Source: an uncultured Lentisphaerales bacterium (GTDB lineage Bacteria; Verrucomicrobiota; Lentisphaeria; JABSQK01; UBA12247). Taken from it: DNA of 46,343 nucleotides. The position numbers and the translations under genes were made by a program. Shown piece after piece: positions 22,001 through 31,400 of the stretch. Within the stretch, counting starts at the first letter, position 1. Each line of letters opens with the position of its first letter. The stretch lies in contig CALSSJ010000019.1 of NCBI GenBank assembly GCA_943788985.1, forward strand, positions 1-46,343. The letters run 5' to 3'. The notes below the pieces were generated by a model. That model was given only the letters and a program-made list of their open reading frames with translations. It did no database searches and was not told the origin of the DNA.

Positions 22001-22068
22001 ACAGCAATGACTGGCTCCCGCCAACCGATGGTGAAGGCTACCAGATCAAGATCGAGGTCGCCGAATAG
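10087..22068 (+). CDS. Giant secreted adhesin-like protein (3993 aa): 21 Calx-beta-like repeats, 2 isopeptide/DUF11-type domains, PVEL-like domain, C25-family peptidase domain
   Basis: Uninterrupted ORF with SD ggag and signal peptide. About 121-aa repeats (F...TDLLxGxATxxTDY...TF...D...EGDET..L......TITDDD) at about 10195-17823. C25 motifs at about 20857-21792: YLLLG..TYDYKN, GRLPA, FQGHA, STCL.G.Y, GGA, LFGDPA. Confidence 0.9.
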   Translation: MRARAVAKFGAARGVKRWVQLAIWAAVVCVWNVTAQQIEFRSPTSATSSEATSNHDVVIELTSGGALGSDLFFDVTDLLSGAAESATDYTALAAPTTLTFSAGSVNGDTVVVSIPVIQDTDVEGAEAVDLRLSNPSFGALGTQTNHTATITDDETLGRVGFQSATSSTIDEFTATTDVVLVLSLASGSLAEDAIVNVTDQLTGAAASGTDYGALATPVTLTFSAGSINGATIVVPIGVIDDATTEGNESIDLAISAVSGSASAGAQTSHEFRITDDDNPFVAFETSNSSRTEDTVVHPVMIRLTLPFGGTIPTDLFVDVTDIAGDTATSGTDYANFGSPLTVSFPAGSPDTTTAVVSIPVLEDLLGEGDETIDLRLSNAVGGGGVVLGAPTNHRFTILDDEDVSVEFADSATGVVESTTSHDVVLVLSVDGGGTIADEVTVEVTDLLTGTATSATDYTSLAVPIILTFPAGSAGGDTVVVTVPILDDIQLETSETVNLQLGNPSNASLGVVTSHIVTISDDDVAPSINFDSSSSATANESTGNHAVVLVLSMPSGTLGADATADITDLLTGTADSGTDYTTLASPITVTFSAGSADGATVVVNIPVQNDLVVEGGETVDLNLSNPTGGAVIGAVDTHEATITDDDVVTVNFASGSSSVNEANTTQDVVVALSIPGGGTLDAPWTVDVLDLGGGTAANGLDYTAISSPVTVTFPAAAADGATVVVSVTILDDPTIEATETIDLVLANSSSPLALGTTTTHSISILDDDAASISFQSGSSSVNEGNTTQDVIVVLSISGPTPVDITFEVTDLLSGSAANGTDYTTLASPVTLTFLAGSANGDTQIVPVGILQDATTESDETIVLELGNPSGAATLGTSTEHIVTIVDDDQALVEFQSATSSIGESAGTLFVVVELSGGTALPADVTVDVADQFSGTAASDTDYTAIGTPQAVTFPSGSNPGDTQVVSIPITPDTLVEGSETLNLALSNVAGPGVIGSQTIHVSTITDDDFASLTFQASTSSVGEANTTHNVVVTLQLPSGTLPADTTVDIADLGSGTATTATDYTFSTPITVTFASGAADGTTVVIAIGILGDVATEDNETIALQLQNPSVLGALGATSNHVVSITDDDAPTVTFQSGASSVDEANTTHNIVVVLNTPSALPADVTIDVSDALSGSATSATDYAAFAGLTVTFSSGATDGETQAVPISILDDAAGEGLEVIDFQLSNPTGLLTLGATTEHVVTIVDDEVAIIEFQSATSSNTEDGLILTVVVEISSGSAATDATVDVTDLLTGSATSATDYTALPVPVTVTFPAGAAPGTTRHVVITLLDDVLFEPNETIDLLMSNPTGPASLGATTPHQATIIDDDTANFTFTTSASSVTEAATTQFIVVELELPGGGPLPSDFTVDVADIGGGSATSGTDYGATGLLTLTFAAGTATGATQVIPLGIIDDALLESSETVNLRLSNPSSPGQIGATSNHVITIVDDDFNGTVEFQSATSASAGESGTIAVVVELMTTGGVAPADIVVSITDLLTGSATSATDYSALASPITLTFAAGANNGDTLTFPINILPDALTEGHESVDLRITGVSGPASVGSTSNHQVTISDDDGSFVAFQSSASSVGEADTTHNVVVELTIPSGTPLTGPLTVDVTDLLTGSATSAIDFSAIAAPVSVVFPAASGSGATQVVPISILQDSVLEGSETINLQLSNVVTADGVVLGAPTDHTVTILDDENDGTVDFQLIASSINENNVLHFIGMILSLDGGVTLGNEVTVEVSDLLSGTATAGTDFTAVGTQTLSFPVGSTSGTGLFLQIPILDDTIGEPDETIDLALTAVSGPAALGPQTAHEVTILDNDGIATFQLSSSNITETNTVHTVIVELVASAALVADGYIEVTDLGTGSATSGSDYAALVSPVILTFAAGSTSGATQVVSITIQNDTYTEGDETINLRLASSGTLGVGNTSNHTVTINDDESDPIVQFQNSASNLTEATTTQNVILELTLPSGGTLGNNLTLDVSDLLTGNATSGTDYAALAIPETVTFPAGTATAATAVIGVPVINDFIIEGDETVDLRMSNPTFGALGSTTNHIITINDGEFASIGYRTATSSVGEATTTHSVIIDLTITGAGALATDLVISYSDLLTGTAASTSDYTAISTTQVTFVAGTGTSQTVVVSIPVLDDPLVEGDETINLDLQVVSGSATATTTQHAVTLFDDEAGGTINLQSPASSTTEANPIHFVGVVLSLAGGTTLGQPVVVEVTDQLTGTATSATDYTALATPIILIFPVGSSSGTALFFDIAPVDDLIGEGDETIDLAFTSITGPATAGLQTSHTATILDDDTGVSLVLGTSSVAESTTTHSVIVTLTIGTGTLAADATVQITDLGTGSATAGTDYTAIGTVTVTFAAGSADGATQVVSIPILDDLGMEGSETINLQLQNATGPPNLGATTSHVVTITDDDFPSVAFQSAATTKSESGSPHSIVVVVTTPEGLTTSPLTVQVSDLLTGTATSNTDYSTFATATLTFPTGSASGDTQVTTLTVTDDTDDESAETVDFLLASVSGGPNGILGATTTHTVTILDNDGLAVVKSVSTTNQAHTTGSAVTIGEIVTYSYVVTIPETASTFNLRSIDTLPANFTYEAGTVSVTTGNAGMSIASTVTTWTQPTLQIDLTTVANPANGDGSDDFLTVTYQALVANTATNEAGQSKTNTVQVTDFSNTVSDSTTVTIVEPDVSVTKTVADITRCDGVASIVTLGDVLEYSLVVTETTGIDAFDLSITDLVDEGLAYDTSFTPTVTGTGNTISAATTSGTGGVGDPQTITWSLALANADIDVEPSSSITITYRVTVLATATPSATLNNTATIGFSSIDGTDANERSNASAPGTNDYQDQASIPVSVKPTGTTHSIPASRRRNPTFIDAAGNITGPGGPGVLTANDTLSLTDGSGVTITGDGISGPPPAGAPDVTVVAGATATINTDGTASFNYGVVTINAGATLTITGDTAISFEQIQMLSGSTLILPDSTTLTVTGPCELNGGVGTANYVTIRAAGTGPLSINFQCSFTGDHFRIEDIGTGTITFDGDTQIDYAIFVDGCLGGAYIQYNDSDDVTWTNLAFHCDCTPTKSTIATGAAGGNVTVDGYAQTIATLWCGGDASDSETGGVVSWLNATPIRDLAGSLEAAADGGVTVIWHTVQETMVAHFRVERQRAAANSATFTEVGRVFATAEEFGNADYAFLDRSAEPGVAYRYRINVIDTDGTHRWYDLGEASASRKAAPAPRRAEPRADNTPIASSVTVTTPDYEVAGYAADTPAQSGTASKAAVSATGLYSVPGGDPVYNFGTQLPRLGDSQSFVFVREVSDYYTDSNVIWTGRLQTAGAASSGPELGIDGTLSMEGYIGRHHVESNQSFSVNSSLPAGPNWYYQTRINTESTLSVDVALPAPTAGTATIRVAIRTNSDIAHTLTIRCNDIVLGTADWFGNGHRQLEMTFAASTLRSGDNTVTLSTTNATSEHRLDWIEIDTPTALSVGTSGVTVQATEAVDFTLPVGSLAVDVTAFGNESILPATNGVVTIPAGHIVHVANTAKSLTWSSPTTLVTPSLASVQYLAVAPEAWLGRLQPIVSKHGMRTLLISLEDVNDIYGAGLFGPGGLVGLTQRAQADYLLLGAGTTYDYKNFEGRGTDLGIPTGWLQVREGMAATDDIYSANLTTAVGRLPARSSNELLNMVNKIVNFKPTQRVVLLADRDDSEGGVNRFSEAQASLQNLVPTVLIESETQDSAAVRSDLIAAIQSGARTVAFQGHAGFQEIGDRFVDVNNASSFPTSAWLLSTCLTGSYFINSSTPTLARTLMNTPNAGGAMVIASTRFGHADYEHQMITKALEIMAADGGTWGQILRTLKRDLDHETLAVFQLFGDPAMASSADDDPRSIILRSPQGGSLVGGNGLVTIGFGLQGEGWWDETLRVSYRRDGGPWLTIRQLNAVPGQSEYSNDWLPPTDGEGYQIKIEVAE

Positions 22069-22080
22069 GCGAGGGGCTTT

Positions 22081-22176
22081 ACTGGGAGCGCCGGATGTAT
22101 CCGGCAACGGAGCCCCCTCGTTCCTCGTTTCTCAGTTCACACGCCACGAATGCCGGATGCATCCGGCCCTCCCAGT
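22081..22176. repeat. REP-doublet (REPIN-like) inverted repeat, copy 1
   Basis: Arms actgggagcgccggatgtatccggca (22081-22106) and tgccggatgcatccggccctcccagt (22151-22176) are 24/26 complementary. Each arm is itself palindromic. Confidence 0.8.
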
Positions 22177-22195
22177 GACGTCACGTCGGTCGGCT

Positions 22196-22290
22196 CAGAC
22201 CCTCCAGGCCATCCCCGGCCAGGCCGACTTCCAGATCGACTGGACACCCCCACCAAAGGCGTTGGCTACCAGATCCGCATTCGCTCCAAC
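22196..22290 (+). pseudogene. Orphan remnant of a third paralogous adhesin C-terminus
   Basis: QTLQAIPGQADFQIDWTPP/TKGVGYQIRI aligns with RQLNAVPGQSEYSNDWLPPTDGEGYQIKI at the end of both giant proteins. One frameshift in a C run. Confidence 0.7.
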
Positions 22291-22416
22291 CAGGCCCCGC
22301 ATCAAAGCATCTGGGTGAAGTGGGCGACTGCTAGTTGTGATATGGGCTGATATGATGTATCAGTATTGGTTATCTGCAGCTCTGCGTGCTCTGTGAACTG
22401 GACAACTGTTCCTGCT

Positions 22417-25400
22417 ATGCTTTCCCCGCTCCGCATCGTCGGTTTGTTACTATTTTTCTGGGGGATCGGTGTCTGTGCTCAATCGGTATCGTTTCAGACG
22501 GCCACGAGCACCAGTGAAGACGAGGGGCTGGCCCACGATGTGGTCGTGCAACTGACGACGGGGGCCCCGCTGGGGGCGCCGCTGACAGTGGATGTGCGAG
22601 ACCTGCTGACAGGAACGGCGACGGCCTCGACGGACTATACCGCCATTGGCACCCAGACGGCGACGTTTATTGCTGGTAGCACCAATGGCTCAACCCAGAC
22701 GATTGTATTGACGCCCACACAGGATTTTGACCAGGAGGGGGACGAGACCGTAGACTTCGTGCTGGAGAACGTCAGCGGCGGTATTCTCGGCAGTAGCACC
22801 ACGCATATCGCCACCATTAACGAGGACGACTGTGTCTGTGACGGGGGCGATCTGAACTTCACCCGTTTCGAGCCCATCACCATCGATGGTGATGTGTCAG
22901 ACTGGGAGAATGTGCTCGACGACCGAGATAATAATGTCTGTGACGGCACCCAGAACGCCCCTTTGCTCCCGCCACAGCCCGATCGTGATTCAGGCGCACA
23001 GGCGGGCCGTGACATGGTCCATTTTGCGTTCACATGGGATGCCACAAGCCTCTACTTCTATACCCGCCGCGCCGCATCTTCGAACCCCAATACGCACTTC
23101 ATCTACTATGTCGACGAAGACAACGACGGGCAGATGGAGAGTGGCGAAACGGTGGTCCAAGCCATATGGAGTGGAGCCAGTTCGACCATCTCTGTTAATA
23201 TCTACGATTATGTCGAAGACGGGGGGGACCCCGACGACATGGCCGATGGATCGGGCTTTGCCGACGGCTATACGCTTCCCGGCACGGAAGCATCAGGCAT
23301 AGCGGGGCCCAACGGTCAGGCAACCGCGAATGGCGACGAGATGGAGTTTTCTTTTACATGGGCATCGATTGGAGTTGCACCGCAACGTGCGTTCAATTAT
23401 CATGTTACAGTGAACAATAACTTCAGCACCCCCTTCGCCAGCGCGCTGGACAACGCGGGCGGTTGCAGTGGCGGATTGGGTTCGACCCAATTCGCGGCCC
23501 CGCTGATCGAGCCGGATGAGGGCAGAGAATATGACCCGGGCGATACCTTGGTTTTTGCCAAACAACTCGCCAACGATGGCAACGACACAGACACCATCAA
23601 TCTTACCTGGTCGGCTGTCGGCGGGCATACGCCCACTTCGGTGACCTTCTATGACGATGCCGATAGCAGCGGCACGCTGACCGGAGGGGATACCGTACTT
23701 ACCGACACGGACGGTGACACCAATCCGGACAGCGGACCACTCGCCCTTTTTACCTCCATGGATATTCTGGTCGAATATGTCGTCGACGGGGCAGCCACGG
23801 GCACTTCGGTCATCACCCTTACTTCGTCCTCCAACTTCAGCCCGGCTGCAACGGAAACCGCCGAAGATACGCTCTTCCCGAAGCCCAGCGTGCGCTTTGA
23901 CTCCAGCACCAGTGCTACGGCGGAAACTGGCTCGCATGCGATCACGCTCAGCTTGGACTTTCCCAGCGGTGGCACGTTGACAGCGGATGTTGTGGTGGAT
24001 ATCACCGATAACGGCACTGGTGCCGCGAACAGCGGCACGGACTACACCAGTATCGGCGTGCCGGCTACAGTCACCTTCGTGGCCGGCTCGGGGCCGGGAG
24101 CTACCCAGCAGGTGAGTATCACGATCACGCCAGATACGAATGTGGAAGGGGACGAGACGGTCGACCTGCAGATTACAGCGACAAGCGGCCCCGCAAATCT
24201 GGGATCAACGACCAATCACACCTTCACTATCACCGATGATGACACGGCGACGATTCAATTCCAAGCGGCAAGCAGCGCAACTGCGGATGAGGCCTCTTCT
24301 ACCCATAACGTCGTACTGGTGGTGAACACGCCACCCGGCGGGGCGATTCATGTGCCGATTACCGTTGACATTACGGATGCGGCCAGCGGCTCGGCTCTCA
24401 GTGGTACTGATTATGCGGCGATCGGCACGCAGACGGTGACATTTTCGGCGTTTTCAGCTGATGGTTCCACACAATTGGGCGGCGTGCTGGTGATCCAGGA
24501 TACGCAGGTCGAGGGGGATGAGACGCTTACCTTGGCACTGTCCAATCCGGGGAGTCTGGCCGTGGTAGGCGCAACGACGCAGCATACCGCGACGATCACC
24601 GATGACGACGAGGCGCAGGCGAGATTTCAGACTGGGACCAGTTCGGTGGCAGAGCCCAACAGCCGCAGTATTATCGTGCAGCTGGACACCAGCGGGGCAA
24701 CGTTGGCTCTGGACCTGACGGTTGAGGTCGCGGATCTGCTCAGCGGCTCTGCAACCAGCAACACGGACTATACGACCTTCACAACCGCCACGGTCACGTT
24801 TTCATCCGGGGCCGCGGACGGCGCAACGCAGGTGGCGACGCTCAGTACGCTGGATGACAGCCTGGTGGAGGTAGATGAGACCTTGGACTTTCGGCTGCAG
24901 AACCCGAGCGCACTGTTGCTGCTGGGTACGAGCACAAACCATACCGCGACGATTACCGATGATGAGTCGGCTTCGGTGGCCTTTCAGGCGGCCAGCAGTT
25001 CTTTGACGGAAGCCACGACGACACACTCGGTCGTCGTCACCCTGACCGCGACGGGAACATTGCAGGATGCCTTGACCGTGGATGTCCGTGACCTTGGTAC
25101 TGGGGCGGCGCTTACAGGTACGGACTTTACCTACTTTGGTTCGCCGGTGACGGTGACCTTTGCGGTGGGCTCGGCGAATGGTGCCACGCAGCTGGTCCCG
25201 ATTCAGATTCTGGAAGATACCTTGATTGAGGACACAGAGACGATTGACCTGCGCTTGGAGAATGCCAGCAGCCCGGTGAGCCTTGGCGCGACAACAAATC
25301 ATCCGCTCAGCATCCTGGATGATGAAGCTGCGACGGTGACGTTTACGTTGGATAACAGTTCGCTTGGCGAGGCCGCAGGTCCGCACACGATCGTGATCCA

Positions 25401-28400
25401 ACTCGGGGGCACACCAGGAGCGACGCTGGGCAGTGACGCGACTGTGGATGTGGCGGATCTGCTCACGGGAAGCGCGACCTCAGGCACGGACTATACGCTA
25501 ACTTCGCCCACGGTGTTGACCTTCGCGGCCGGTTCCAGCGACGGAGATACCCAGATCCTGACGATTCCGGTCACCTCCGATACCTTGGTGGAGGGCGACG
25601 AGACGGTAAATCTGCAATTGCAGAATGCCAGTGGTTCCGGTTTGGCGCTAGGAGCCACGACCGACCGCGCCCTAACCATCATCGATGATGAGTTCGCCTC
25701 ACTTGCCTTTCAAACAGGGACCAGTTCTGTCGCCGAGGCAAACACGACCTTGGATGTTGTCCTAGTCTTAACCGTCACCGCCGGAGCCACTCTGGCAGAC
25801 GCGGAGACGGTGAATCTCTCAGATCTGGGCAGTGGGACCGCCAGCAGCGGCGCCGACTATACGGCGTTGGCGGCACCAGAAGTGGTCAGCTTTCCCGCGG
25901 GCAGTGCGACCGGGACCACGCAGGTGCTGCCGCTCTCCGTGCTGAATGATCTGTTGGCGGAAGGCGACGAAACGATCGATATGCAGATTGCAGCCCCGTC
26001 GGCACCGCTGACGCTGGGGGCGCAAACCACGCACACGACGACGATCACAGACCCGGAGACCCCTTCGGTCGCCTTCGCCGTCGCCAGCAGCGCCACCGGG
26101 GCGGAGTCGGGCACGCACTCGGTCATTGTCACCCTATCGATTGCCAATAGCGGCATTCTCCAGGACGATGCCACGGTGGAAGTCAGTGACCTGCTGAGCG
26201 GGACGGCCAGCAGCGGCACAGACTACACGGCTTTGGCCACCCCGATCGTGTTGACGTTTACGGCCCTAAGCGGGGATGGCGCTACCCAGGTGGTCTCGAT
26301 TCCAGTGACCACGGATGTCCTGTTGGAAGGCGATGAAACCGTAGATCTGCGCTTAGTAAATCCGGCTGGGTCGGGCCTGACTGATAGGTGTTCAGACGAA
26401 TCATGAAGCCACCATCACAGACGACGAGACCGCAAGTATTGCTTTTCAGAGTGCGGCGGTTTCGGCCGCAGAGACAGTAGGCACGCACAATGTGCTGCTA
26501 CAGCTTACGGTCTCTGGAGGCGGGAGTCTGGCCAGCAACCAGACCATTGAGGTGGCCGATCTGGGCACGGGGACGGCGCTGGCTAGCGGCACGGACTACA
26601 CGTTCGTTACGCCGTTGACGGTGACCTTCTCTGCGGGGGCTAACAGCGGCGATACAGAGCAGGTCCCGATCGCCGTCACCAACGATACGCTGGTTGAGCT
26701 TGCCGAGACGCTAAACCTGCGGCTGCAGAATCCAGCTGGACCCGTGACCTTGGGCGCTCAGAGCAATCACACTACGACCATTACCGACAATGAGACTGCC
26801 ACCGTGGCGTTTGCCGCGGCCTCCAGCGCATCCGCCGGAGAAACCGGCACGCTCGCAGTGGTGGTCACGCTGACGACGACTGGAGGCGGGACCTTACAGG
26901 ACCCAGTGACCGTCGATGTCAGCGATGTCCTCTCTGGCACCGCGCTTTTGGGCACAGAATACACCTTCACCACGCCGGTCACCCTGATCTACCCTGCCGC
27001 CAGTGGTAACGGCACAACCCAAGTCGCCGTGCTTACCATCCTGACGGACACCTTAGTCGAGGGCGATGAAACTGTAGATTTCACCGCAAGCAGCGCTACT
27101 GGCGCGGCCTCGCTGGGGGCGCAGACCACCCACGAAGCGACAATTACCGATGATGAGTTTGCGGATGTCGTATTCCAGGTGGCCAACAGTTCTGTGATAG
27201 AGGCCGTGACCACCCATACCGTGGTGGTGCTGCTCAATGTCACGGCCGGAGCTTCGCTGGCGACCGACGTCACAGTCACCATGGATGACCAAGGCGGTTC
27301 GACGGCGTCCAGCGGGACCGACTACAGCAGCTTCGGCCCGCTGGTGCTCACCTTTACCGCCGGGACCATCACCGGTGCGACGCAGGAGCTTTCGCTGAGT
27401 ATCCTCGACGACCTGCTAGCGGAAGGAACAGAATTTATTGACTTGGAACTGAGTGGCGCCTCATCGCCCTTAACCTTGGGAGCAACCAGCCTTCACCCGG
27501 TCTCGATTCTCGACCCTGAGACGCCGGAGGTTGATTTTGCGGTCGCAACAAGCGCCTCTGCAGTAGAAAGTGGCAACCACAACATCGTGCTCGTCCTGAC
27601 GGTGTTCGGTGGCGGTACGCTGGGAACGGCTGCCACAGTTGAGGTGGCCGATGTTGGCTCAGGTTCTGCGACCAGCGCTACGGATTACACCGCGCTGGCA
27701 CCGATCGTCGTCACGCTCCCTGCGGGCAGCGGCGATGGTAGCACGCACTATGCCGGGCTCCCAATCATCTCCGACAACCTGCTCGAAGGCGACGAGACCG
27801 TCGACATGGTGCTGCAGAATCCAGCGGGGGCTGGCTTGATTCTCGGTGTCGGACTGACCACGCACACCGCCACCATCACCGATGACGAAACCGCCAACTT
27901 TACCTTTCAAGCCGCCACAAGCTCAAGTGCCGAGGCCAGTACGACCGTCGAAGTCATTGTCACGCTCAATGTCTCGAGCGGCGGGATACTGCTCACCTCA
28001 GCCACCGTCGAGATCAGCGATGCGGCCAGTGGCTCGGCAACCAGCGCCACTGATTACGCAGCATTTGCCACCACCACGGTCACGTTTGCCCCCAGTTCGT
28101 CCGACGGTGATACACAGGTCGTCTCCGTGGTTCTGCTGGACGATACCTTGGTTGAAGGGAACGAAACCATTGACTTCGTGCTGCAGAATCCCAGCAGCCC
28201 CGTCGCCCTAGGTGCGCAAAGCAGCCATGAGCTGACCATTACCGATGGCGAAACTGGAGCCTTCAATTTCCAGCTTGCCGCCAGCAACGTTGCCGAAGCA
28301 GCAGCCAGCGGCAGTATCGTGGTCGTTCTTAGCACGACCGGCGGTGCCACCCTCGCTAGCGCCGCCTCCGTCAACATCTCAGATCTGCTCAGTGGCAGCG

Positions 28401-31400
28401 CAACTGTGGGCACAGACTACTCATTTTCCTCGCCCGCTACGGTGATTTTTCCCGCTGGCTCAGGCAGCGGCGTCACCCGTGTCACCGCTGTAAACATATT
28501 GGATGACCTGATCACCGAGGCCGATGAAACCGTGCAACTGCTGCTCTCCACCCCCAGCGCCCCCATCACGGTCGGTGCCACTAACCTGCATGCGCTCACC
28601 ATTCTCGACGATGAAATCGCCCGCGCGACCTTCCAGGTTGCCACCAGTTCGCTGGGCGAGGCGAACACCACACACGTCGTGACCATCGCTTTGACCGTCG
28701 ACAACGGCGGCTCTGTGCCTGGCGGCTTCAGTGTCACGCTCACCGATCTTGGCACTGGCTCTGCCTCCGTCGGCAGCGACTACAGCGCGATCGGCTCACC
28801 GATCAGCTTCGTCTTCCCAGCCGGTGCCAGCGACGGCGATTCGCAGCTGCAGACCATCACCATTCTCGACGATGCGACCGCTGAGGCGAACGAGACCATC
28901 AACCTGCGCCTGAGCAGCCCAACCAGCCCCGTGGAGCTAGGCACCAGTAGCCACGCCGTCACAATCATCGACGACGACTTCTTGGGCATATTCAGCTTTC
29001 AGAGCGCGGCCAGCACCACCGCCAGCGAGGCAAGCACCTTTCACTACGTCGTCGTCGAGATGACGACTACCGGGGGCAGTCCAGCGCCCGTTGCTTTGAC
29101 GGTCGAAATTGTCGATGCCTTAACCGGCTTGGCCACGACCGGGAGCGACTACGCGACCTTGGCCAATCCCACGCAATTAGTCTTCCCTGCCGGGAGCGTC
29201 AGTGGTGCCACCCAACTCGTTGCCGTCAGCATCATCGATGATCCGACGACCGAAGGCTTTGAAACTATTGATCTGGAGATCGGCGCGATTGCCGGGCCGG
29301 GCACCACTGGCGCGGCCACCGCTCACACCATCACCATTTTTGACGATGACGGGCCATTCATTAACTTCTACGCCAGCAGGAGCACGGTCGCGGAGACCGC
29401 AGCCAGCCAACAGATCGTCGTGCAGCTATTCATCCCCGCAGGCGGGCCTTCCACCTGTGACGCAACTGTCCAGATCAATGATCTCGGAACCGGAAGTGCT
29501 GGTGCTGCAGACTACGCAATGCCAAATACCACTACCATTTTCTTTCCCACCGGAAGCGCCTCCGGTTCCCTGCAAACCATCGCGATCAATCTCACAGATG
29601 ACGCCTTTGCCGAGGGCGATGAGACGATCGACCTCCAACTGCTCAACCTGACCCCAGGCTGTATCCCGATTGGCGCGCCTACTACCCATCAAGTGACCAT
29701 CACCGACGATGAAAACCCTGGCAAAATCAATATGCGGTTTTTGGACAGCCAGGTTGACGAGGATAACGTGATTCACTTTGTGGCCTTGATCATGACGCTG
29801 GATCCCGGTGTGCGCCTGGGCAATGAGATCGGGATCGAAGTCACCGATCTACTCAGCGGCAGCGCGACCAGCGCCATCGACTACAGCGCCATGGCCACGC
29901 CCACCACGGTCACTTTCCCGATCGGGCGCACCAACGGGGGCCGCGATGTTTATCCCCATTAACATCATCGAGGACTTTGTCGGCGAGAGCGACGAAACGA
30001 TTAACCTGACTGTGAGCGGTATTTCCGGCCCCGGGTTGTTCGGGTCGCAAACCAACCACGTCGTCACCATCCTCGATGATGACGGCAGCGTCTTTTTTAA
30101 ATCCGCCACCAGCACTGTCTTAGAAGCTGGCGGCGTGTTCCACACCGTTGTCGTAGAGCTTGAAACCCCGACAAATCTGTCCGTCGCTGGCGCCGCGCAG
30201 ATCACCGACCTGCTTACCGGAAGTGCCACAAGCGGTACGGATTATATGGAATTGCCCAGTCCCGTCAGCGTGGTCTTTCCGGTTGGCTCAGCCGACGGCA
30301 GTACCCAGGTAGTGCCTATCTTGATCCAAGATGACGCCAGCACCGAAGGGCCCGAAACGCTGCAGTTGCGCATGACCGGTTCCACCAACCTACGCCTCGA
30401 CGGTCAGACCAATCACGTCGTGACGATTACCGACGATGAAGCAGCCCCCTTCGGTCGCCTTCACCGTCAGTGCCAGCTCAGAAACGGAGGCCAATGCCAG
30501 CGTCAGCATCACCGCCAAGCTCACCGTACCATCCGGAACCCTCGGCAACCCACTCAGTGTCAGCCTCACCGACCAACTCACTGGCACCGCCACCAGCGGC
30601 ACTGACTACGCAGCGTTGAGCACACCAGAGACACTTACCTTTCCGGCCGGTTCCGCAGACTGCGCCACAATTACCTTCACCTTGTCAATCTTCAATGACT
30701 TCCTTATTGAGGGCACAGAAACCCTCGAACTGCTCCTCAGCAACCCGTCATTTGGCACAATCGGTGCTACCCCCTTGCTCACCCTCTCGATCGTGGACAC
30801 CGAAACCGCTCTCATCGGCTTTCAGACCGCTACCAGCAGCGTCGGCGAAGCGAACACCACGCACAACCTCGTGGTTGCACTCACTATCACCGGCGGCGTC
30901 CTCGCCAGCGATCTCATTGTCCAGTACACTGACCTATTAACCGGTTCAGCAGCCTCCGGCACTGACTACAGCCCCATTACCTCACAGCAGTTTACCTTCG
31001 TCGCTGGCTCCGGTTTCAGCGAGACCCGTGACATCCCGGCCACCATCGCCGATGATCTCGTGCTCGAAGGCGACGAGACCATCAATCTCGATCTGCAGGT
31101 GGTCTCAGGCTTCGCCACGCCCGCAACCACCCAGCACGCCGTCACCATTAGCGACGACGAAGCCCCGGCCATGATCGACTTTCAGTTCCCCGGTTCATCC
31201 ACCGACGAGAGCACGTCCGTCCATTTCGCTGGTCTGGTGATGATCATCCCTGGGCCTTATCCGCTCGGCAATGACATAGAAGTGGAAGTCACCGACCAGT
31301 TTACCGGCTCCGCCACCAGTGGCACAGATTACACCGCCTTGACGATACCAGTCGCGCTTACCTTTCCCGCTGGCTCTAGCAGCGGATACGCCCTATTCCT

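Noticed and set aside
21950..22290. Diversity-generating retroelement (VR/TR pair) at the adhesin C-termini
   Set aside because: Differences between the copies are not adenine-restricted, and no reverse transcriptase is in the window.
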